DNA of 52,455 bases from a virus. Its lineage: Duplodnaviria; Caudoviricetes. Positions 46,505 through 52,455 of the stretch are shown piece after piece. The notes below the pieces were generated by a model. It worked only from the letters and a program-made list of their open reading frames with translations, made no database searches and was not told the DNA's origin. The stretch spans positions 1 to 52,455 of the IMG/VR virus record IMGVR_UViG_3300001533_001980; one strand, 5' to 3'. Position numbers and translations under genes: made by a program. Position 1 is the first letter of the stretch, and every line of letters starts with the position of its first letter.

Positions 46505-47437
46505 GGTGAAAATCGGGATGGACATGCGCCGTCTCATCTCGAAGTGGCACATGCCCAAGTCCTTTTCGTATTTCATTCCAACCCATGAAGTAGATTCGCA
46601 TGCTCGCTGAAGGGAACTGAGCACCATGCTCGGCCTATCCGTTTTGATTCCGAATCCGATTCTCAGCTTATCAAGCGAAATGCGATAGAATTTACGCCCG
46701 CCCTGATGACTGAGTGACCATCGAAGCATGAGCGTCAAAAGGTTATTTGTGTGTACTCCTTCGATGGGAAAGAACCATGGATTGCACAGCAGTCGTTCGG
46801 TGTAGGTGGGCGAGATGTGAACCTCAACCTTGTTCCCGTTAATGTGTTTGCCAGCCAATACGTCGATGCGCTCCAGAGAGGCACATGCGTTGTCAAATGA
46901 CTTATTGAAAGACGAGCCCGGTTTTTTGCCTAAAATTTCTGCGAATCTCCTCCTGTTCAGTTCGATGATTCGGGACTCCATCTTGCCATTTAAGATATAC
47001 CACCCCAGTCCGAAAAGAACTTGCATCCCGATAAGGCTAAGGGATTTAGGGTTGTCGTCTTTCGTAGAATACGACAAATCAAACCAAAAAACACGCGGAA
47101 TTGTGGTCCAGTCTTGCACTTGAAGATTGGCAGGCGAAGTGGCGGCTATTCTTCCAGGATGCCTTTTTTTGTGACATCCGGAGCATAGAGTGACGCAATC
47201 CACGCGGTCATCCTGGTGCATGGCTAGCGAATGACTGAAGACTTCTGAAATGTCACCGTATAGATTCCACAATCCCAGCAGGATATGATACAAGCTGGTG
47301 GTATGATGGCACGCAAGTCCTTCGTCCGAATCACAGCAAAAGCACCATGCTGACCGATTCCTACGCACCCAGTCTTGGTAGACCTTGGACGAGCGAACCC
47401 GTCGTTCGAGAATTTTTAACTTTTTTGATGCGTTCAT
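46469..47437 (-). CDS. HNH domain fused to a replication-initiator-like winged-helix region
   Basis: CFCC..CHH...VTLCSGCHKKRH; C-terminal RFAEILGKK...ISLDKLR resembles Rep/TrfA proteins. Confidence 0.6.
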   Translation of the reverse strand: MNASKKLKILERRVRSSKVYQDWVRRNRSAWCFCCDSDEGLACHHTTSLYHILLGLWNLYGDISEVFSHSLAMHQDDRVDCVTLCSGCHKKRHPGRIAATSPANLQVQDWTTIPRVFWFDLSYSTKDDNPKSLSLIGMQVLFGLGWYILNGKMESRIIELNRRRFAEILGKKPGSSFNKSFDNACASLERIDVLAGKHINGNKVEVHISPTYTERLLCNPWFFPIEGVHTNNLLTLMLRWSLSHQGGRKFYRISLDKLRIGFGIKTDRPSMVLSSLQRACESTSWVGMKYEKDLGMCHFEMRRRMSIPIFTLRDVLFDCLGQ

Positions 47438-47628
47438 GCTTTATTATATACCGCAAATAGGATTTGCAGTGACAAAATGTGGGATTTGCAGTGCAGAACA
47501 AAACGAATAAAGTCCGCTAGCAGTGCATTTGAGATGGTATAATCCTTTTTTCTTTGTCCATATTCCCCCTGGGAGTGGAGATAGTGTGTGTTTTTTTTGA
47601 TATTGGGGGCACTGGTAGGAGAATCCAT

Positions 47629-48048
47629 ATGGACTACGAAACAATAGCAAGGCGAATTGCCAGGGATAGTGGACACGAGTCGGTCATGGAATTTGATGAT
47701 ACCCTCAGCGCCGTAATGGGGAATTTTGACGGTTACGCCTCGGATGCGGTGGACTTCACGGATGAGCAAAGGCGCAAGGATGGTGCCCCCAGTGAAGAGT
47801 TGGAATCAGCACTGAGACACCTGCGCGATATGGCGGATATGGCATTCTCGCTTGAAGACGCCAATCTCGAAAAAAGAATCACTGATATCTTGAAGACAGT
47901 GGGCTCGACATTGCGACGAGCGATTTCAGCAGAGCAGGGGTTTATGGACGAAGTTCGTAAATACAAAGATTTTGCCAAGGATGCCGGAGGGGTCATAGAG
48001 CGGCTGGGCAGGCAGCTAAAACAACTTGACCACGGAACTATGTCGTGA
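47629..48048 (+). CDS. Hypothetical helical protein with IARRIA N-terminus
   Basis: AGGAG RBS. Confidence 0.7.
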   Translation: MDYETIARRIARDSGHESVMEFDDTLSAVMGNFDGYASDAVDFTDEQRRKDGAPSEELESALRHLRDMADMAFSLEDANLEKRITDILKTVGSTLRRAISAEQGFMDEVRKYKDFAKDAGGVIERLGRQLKQLDHGTMS

Positions 48049-48308
48049 GACCTCGGGAATATTACCGTATGTCCAGTAACAAAGACAGAAACGTGACCGA
48101 TCTAGTGTCGGGAACATTGAGAATCCGACGCTCACTGGACGGGTTGTACAAGGAGCTGATTTGTTTGGGTGCGAAGGTAAAGTATCTGGAACCGGTAGGT
48201 CCGATGGTGGCGGATGCGATAAATGAAATGATTGAGGCGGAGTTGGCACTCAAACGGGTGGTGGATACGGGCAACGACTGGACGAGAAATCGCGGAAGTG
48301 CGAAATGA
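48045..48308 (+). CDS. Hypothetical protein
   Basis: Overlaps both neighbours (GTGA/ATGA). Confidence 0.6.
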   Translation: MRPREYYRMSSNKDRNVTDLVSGTLRIRRSLDGLYKELICLGAKVKYLEPVGPMVADAINEMIEAELALKRVVDTGNDWTRNRGSAK

Positions 48309-48742
48309 GTCGTAAAAATAAAAGGAGTGCGAAAATGAGTGACAATGTCGATGTACCATCAATGGAGCCAAATTACACTGAGCCTATCTATATGCCAGTC
48401 GAGCCCGCAGCAGCAGAAGTAGCAGCAATTAAACCCGAAATGAAAGCCAAGGCAAACGACGCGGAGGTAGTCGTCAAAGAAGGTCTTGTTGTGGTGTCCA
48501 TACAAATTGACCGTGGCGATATGGGCGATGTTGATTTCAAAAAACACCTTTACGCTATGGACTTCAGGGCTCGAAACATCACACGCACGATGCTAAAAGG
48601 TGCGGGCGTCAAAGACGATCGCAAGTTTCCCTCCGAGTTCGACAAGGAAAAAAGCGTGATTGTGCTCAGTAAGGCTGTCCCAGAGGGGTCAGAAGAGTCG
48701 CTCTGTAAATTCATCGACAAGGCATTAGAAGATAACGCATAA
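48305..48742 (+). CDS. Hypothetical protein
   Basis: Operonic ORF. Confidence 0.65.
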   Translation: MSRKNKRSAKMSDNVDVPSMEPNYTEPIYMPVEPAAAEVAAIKPEMKAKANDAEVVVKEGLVVVSIQIDRGDMGDVDFKKHLYAMDFRARNITRTMLKGAGVKDDRKFPSEFDKEKSVIVLSKAVPEGSEESLCKFIDKALEDNA

Positions 48743-48757
48743 ATCAAAGGAGTTCAA

Positions 48758-49210
48758 ATGAATAGGGATAAAGAGATTGCCGAGCGGATAGCGAGGTCGG
48801 TTACGGCTGATGCTGAGTATTACAAAAAGCAGCTTGAGAGTGCCTTGCACACATTCGCATATGTGCCTTTCGAGTATGCTTGGAATGACGACGGGACACA
48901 GCGAGATGTCAAACGCAAGAGGGAGCAGATCGAGTCCGAAATCAACGATTTGATCAACATGCTTCCAATCCCCACCAAGTTTGTGGTCATTGGGCTAGGC
49001 AAGCCTGTTGAATTTAACAGCGAGGAAGAACTTGTACGGGGGATGAAGAAGCTGGGCATACGCCAGACAGGGAGCAGCCCATCTGGCGGTCGCCTGCGCC
49101 CCGAATTGTGGGACAAGCCTCAATTTGATAAGTTGCTTGGACCGATGTATGGCGGGGCTAAATCTGTCCGGTACGAGACGAGTGCGGTTTACGACGAACT
49201 TAGCAAATAG
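48758..49210 (+). CDS. Putative virion-internal protein (IAERIA leader)
   Basis: AAGGAG RBS and the shared motif. Confidence 0.65.
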   Translation: MNRDKEIAERIARSVTADAEYYKKQLESALHTFAYVPFEYAWNDDGTQRDVKRKREQIESEINDLINMLPIPTKFVVIGLGKPVEFNSEEELVRGMKKLGIRQTGSSPSGGRLRPELWDKPQFDKLLGPMYGGAKSVRYETSAVYDELSK

Positions 49211-49219
49211 GAGAGCACA

Positions 49220-50119
49220 ATGAGAGAGATTTTAGCGTCCAAGAGGGTTGCGGGTGATCGGGTATTGCGGCGGTTTGCGGCATTGTATGAAGAGTTTGAT
49301 GACTACAAGAACACAAGCAGAGAGCGGCGCGACGAAATCAGGGATGAAGCCGTGGATTTGCGTCGTGACGTTGCAAAAGAGTATGTTGAATTCATCGTCA
49401 CGTACTTGAGGGCACAAAGAATCTCCGATCCAGCCAGTGTGTTTCTTGGCTCACTGGACATGAATGTCTCCGATGCCATTACGAAGAAGTATTTCGGAGG
49501 AGATGAACCAGATTTTTTGAGCCGGTTCCGATCCATTGCTCCAAGGGGTAAAGCCATTGGCATCAAGCCGTTAATGAAGTCAGCATTTGACAAACATTTT
49601 GGAAGGGGTGCCTTCGAGCGGGCTGTTGCGGCTAACAAAGGCATTCGATCATCGGTCAAGACTGCTACTCGGGGAGAGCCATTATCCGTTTTCGACGTAA
49701 ATACCGCCGAAGACTTTGCTCGGGAAATAGAGAGGGGAGTGAAAGCACCTTTCGTCGGAACCTGGGTGTCTGCGTTGGGTGGAGATATGCGAGTCGCAGT
49801 TGTGCTGACCGTCTCACTCGATCCGAGGGATGAATGGACAAACCGAATTCTTGAAAACTCCCGCTATGCCCGTTTTAGAATCGATAACGACGGTGTGATA
49901 TCCAACTTTTTAGGTGGCGGTTACGGATTCATCAAGAGGTTTCGCAAGTCGGTAGTCAAGGATGCTGCTGACGCAGTGAGAATCCTCAATCGGTGGGTTA
50001 AAGCTAATCAGCGGGTGGCCACAGCCAGTATTGCGAGTGATATTCTGAAGATTGCTCGCGACGTAGCTGCGATATCCACCCTTCCCGTTGGAAGATTGGT
50101 CGGCAAGGGAGCATGTTGA
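49220..50119 (+). CDS. Putative multi-module virion-internal protein
   Basis: KRVAG leader, SLDPRDEWTNRILENSRY module, KIARDVAA tail. Confidence 0.65.
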   Translation: MREILASKRVAGDRVLRRFAALYEEFDDYKNTSRERRDEIRDEAVDLRRDVAKEYVEFIVTYLRAQRISDPASVFLGSLDMNVSDAITKKYFGGDEPDFLSRFRSIAPRGKAIGIKPLMKSAFDKHFGRGAFERAVAANKGIRSSVKTATRGEPLSVFDVNTAEDFAREIERGVKAPFVGTWVSALGGDMRVAVVLTVSLDPRDEWTNRILENSRYARFRIDNDGVISNFLGGGYGFIKRFRKSVVKDAADAVRILNRWVKANQRVATASIASDILKIARDVAAISTLPVGRLVGKGAC

Positions 50120-50691
50120 CTTTGAGCATGGACATAAGAACTACGTCAAGAAAATTGGTTGAAAATAGAATGAAAAGAGAACAAGAGATAGCTGGTCGGG
50201 TGGCTGGGCGAATTCACAAGTCATTCAAGGGCGATGTTAGTGCTCACAGGCTGCTGGACGAGACAGGTAGCTTCAGGGGTGCCCTGTACGCCTTGGCGGG
50301 GATAGTGAGAGATTATTTCGATGGAACCGTGTCCAGGAAGATGTCTATGGCGATCATGGGCGTTGGCGACACGGTAAGAAGAATGGAGGATGCCGAAATG
50401 TCAATGGCTGCTTCTGCAAAGACTGGTGTGTCGTCATTTGTCGATCCGGAGGGAAAGCCGAATCTGAATCGGCGGGCGATTGCCGTTTTCAGGAAGAAGT
50501 TTAACGGTTTTATGGCTGGGATTGACGAGGTGAGGTATCGGCTTGGCGAAGTCGACGATAACATCACGAGTGACTCAAAGTTGCAGGACGCCAAGGACGA
50601 GTTGCTGTTTTTGGCGATTGCCGCCGAAGACCTGGCTTTGTCGTTAAAGCTTGCTGCAAAATCATACAGGCAAACAGCAGAGAATCTGTAG
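50113..50691 (+). CDS. Putative virion-internal protein (EIAGRVAG)
   Basis: Shared motif; start may be 50169. Confidence 0.6.
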   Translation: MLTLSMDIRTTSRKLVENRMKREQEIAGRVAGRIHKSFKGDVSAHRLLDETGSFRGALYALAGIVRDYFDGTVSRKMSMAIMGVGDTVRRMEDAEMSMAASAKTGVSSFVDPEGKPNLNRRAIAVFRKKFNGFMAGIDEVRYRLGEVDDNITSDSKLQDAKDELLFLAIAAEDLALSLKLAAKSYRQTAENL

Positions 50692-50693
50692 AT

Positions 50694-50798
50694 ATGGGCG
50701 AGGCGATAACCAAAATACTCCGCAAGTATACTCGGACCTTGCACTTCGGGCGAGGGGCTTTTGAAGAAGCGGTGTCCGCAAACAAGAAGGGAAGGTGA
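50694..50798 (+). pseudogene. Internally deleted paralogue of ORF 49220
   Basis: EAITK...HFGRGAFEEAVSANK versus DAITK...HFGRGAFERAVAANK. Confidence 0.7.
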
Positions 50799-50802
50799 TG
50801 GT

Positions 50803-51318
50803 GTGAGTCGAATGGCTGCTGAAATCGTAAAGTTCAAGGGATTCAACCTCGAATCTGACGCATTCACGGAATCGATGGGGATATTGGAACGTGATCGTTC
50901 TCATTACGCTAAAATTGTCAATACGGCGGCAGACATGATGCTTGGTGGCGGTGCGAAGCGCGCACTCATCGTCGTGGCACCCCTTGCTAGAAAGTGGCTG
51001 ATGTCGGGAGGAAACCTTGAAAAGCTGTTGGATCGTGTGCCGGAACTCAGTGAACCTGCGATGATCGGCGGCTCCCGGTTTATCGACATGATGGGAAAGA
51101 TCATAGCCAAAGGGATCATCACGGATATTTACGAGAGTCCATACAGCTACCGACGTGTTATCGAGCCGGAAATCTTTGCCGAATTCGAGAAGATATCGCA
51201 AGAGCGTGGCAGGCAGAAGCTCAGGAATATGCTTGAGAGAAGAGGAATTGCCAGCCAAACGGGTAAGGCACGCAGGGGCACGCATACGGTTGCGGCACGG
51301 AATTTGGCGGGAATCTGA
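50803..51318 (+). CDS. Hypothetical protein
   Basis: Operonic ORF; start uncertain. Confidence 0.55.
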   Translation: MSRMAAEIVKFKGFNLESDAFTESMGILERDRSHYAKIVNTAADMMLGGGAKRALIVVAPLARKWLMSGGNLEKLLDRVPELSEPAMIGGSRFIDMMGKIIAKGIITDIYESPYSYRRVIEPEIFAEFEKISQERGRQKLRNMLERRGIASQTGKARRGTHTVAARNLAGI

Positions 51319-51466
51319 ATATGGGCAGCAAGGCAGAGCGCACGAAGCCGGGTAGTAAGCTGGACTTCAGAGTCACGTATGACATGGGCTCGAAGAAGTG
51401 GACGAACGACCGTCCTGGTGATGGCAAGGGAGATCCGGAGTCCAAGGAGGACCTGTTGGTGAGTAT

Positions 51467-52369
51467 GTGGCTGGGAAGGGCGACAAGGGCATAAAAACAG
51501 CCGTGGAGGCCCTTGAGACGTATGCGGGGACGGATGTAGCCAAGACAGTCGTGAGGGCTATTTATGAGGCTGTGAGCGGTAATGACAATAAGATGAAGCA
51601 GGGCGTTGGAATTGCTAAGGACCATGCGAATCGGAATAGGAAGGCAAGTGCCATGATGTTTACAGTCAAGGATATCAAGAGGGCTGCGAGCAAAGCTCGT
51701 GTCAGGTTTGACGGCAAGGGGCAGGGCGGTAGCAGGGCTGTTCCGGGATATACGTGGTTTATCCGTGTTCCGGGAATTACCATCACGAGAAGCAACACGG
51801 GGGAGATGCAGCTTAAGACCTACGATGACGGCTCCCCAGCCACTCTTACTCCCGGAGATGACGATGTACGCTCGGTTGAGGGCATTGATGATTTCAATTC
51901 TCTGGTGTTGGCTTTGAAGAAGATGAAACAGGATATGTTGGATTCGCATGATTCAAAAAAAGTGAGTAATAGGATTGACAGGATTGCTAGCAGAGTGGCG
52001 GCAGGTTTAGATAATCTTATTGGGGAGCAGTTTCTCGCTCGGGAAGATGATGTTGTCCAAGCCATTCGAAAGGTTTTCGGGAATGTCAGAGTCAAGAATG
52101 CAAAGAGTTATTCCACGGACGCCTCATTTCTGATGGAGACAGCGAATAGAACGATTGTTGTTAAACTAACTGACACCAACAAGCGTCGTCAGAAGCTATC
52201 CGTCTGGGCGTCTATCGTCGGTCGCAGGGATGGATTGTCGAAGGTAGTAAACTTCACAGGTTTCGGGAATATGGGGCGATTGCTGATCAAGGCGTCAGAT
52301 GAACTTTTGACTACTCTTATTGGGTATGACGCTCTTACGCCGGAAGGTATGAAGGAAATGGCGTGGTAG
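51467..52369 (+). CDS. Putative virion-internal protein (internal RIASRVAA); possibly frameshifted from ORF 51321-51494
   Basis: Shared motif and a weak GTG start. Confidence 0.6.
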   Translation: MAGKGDKGIKTAVEALETYAGTDVAKTVVRAIYEAVSGNDNKMKQGVGIAKDHANRNRKASAMMFTVKDIKRAASKARVRFDGKGQGGSRAVPGYTWFIRVPGITITRSNTGEMQLKTYDDGSPATLTPGDDDVRSVEGIDDFNSLVLALKKMKQDMLDSHDSKKVSNRIDRIASRVAAGLDNLIGEQFLAREDDVVQAIRKVFGNVRVKNAKSYSTDASFLMETANRTIVVKLTDTNKRRQKLSVWASIVGRRDGLSKVVNFTGFGNMGRLLIKASDELLTTLIGYDALTPEGMKEMAW

Positions 52370-52455
52370 ATGCCCAAAAGATATTGCACATATCAGGTAC
52401 AACTATAGGAAAAACCTATGGTACGTTGCAACACGGGCGGCTATCGACCTCGGAC

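Noticed and set aside
1-52455. Stop-codon reassignment (TAG or TGA)
   Set aside because: Core genes are full length under code 11, and all three stops end genes at sensible positions.

Overview
This window looks like the replication/recombination arm of a large (jumbo-type) dsDNA bacteriophage using the standard genetic code, with nearly all genes on the + strand. It opens with the end of a repeat-rich fibre gene and a BppU-like gene. A dense replisome/recombination block follows: SNF2 helicase, DnaB, a degenerate YhaM-like OB-HD protein, DnaG, a sigma70-family factor, a Ski2/Hel308-like helicase split around a family-4 UDG, UvsY-like, SSB, RecA, 5'-3' exonuclease, SbcD, ParB-like, a two-gene DnaE and glycosyltransferases. 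An accessory region (31.5-42 kb) is followed by an SbcC N-half, a RuvC-like resolvase, an HNH-Rep-like gene and a cluster of probable virion-internal proteins. Strongest observations: (1) an integron-like gene-cassette array with matched R'/R'' core sites whose attC-like sites are translated through, with no integrase in the window; (2) a 4.6-kb GC-rich host-like fragment (Type IIG/ISP R-M, MNT, deleted HEPN) inserted into one of those sites between perfect 25-bp direct repeats; (3) a classical -1 ribosomal frameshift signal adding a Cys4 module to SSB; (4) a six-copy TCAGAATC-N11-GTGCAATGAA promoter-like motif; (5) a TnpB element that interrupts sbcD and supplies a replacement RBS and start codon; (6) many precisely internally deleted genes. 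All family assignments come from motif recognition by eye, not database searches.
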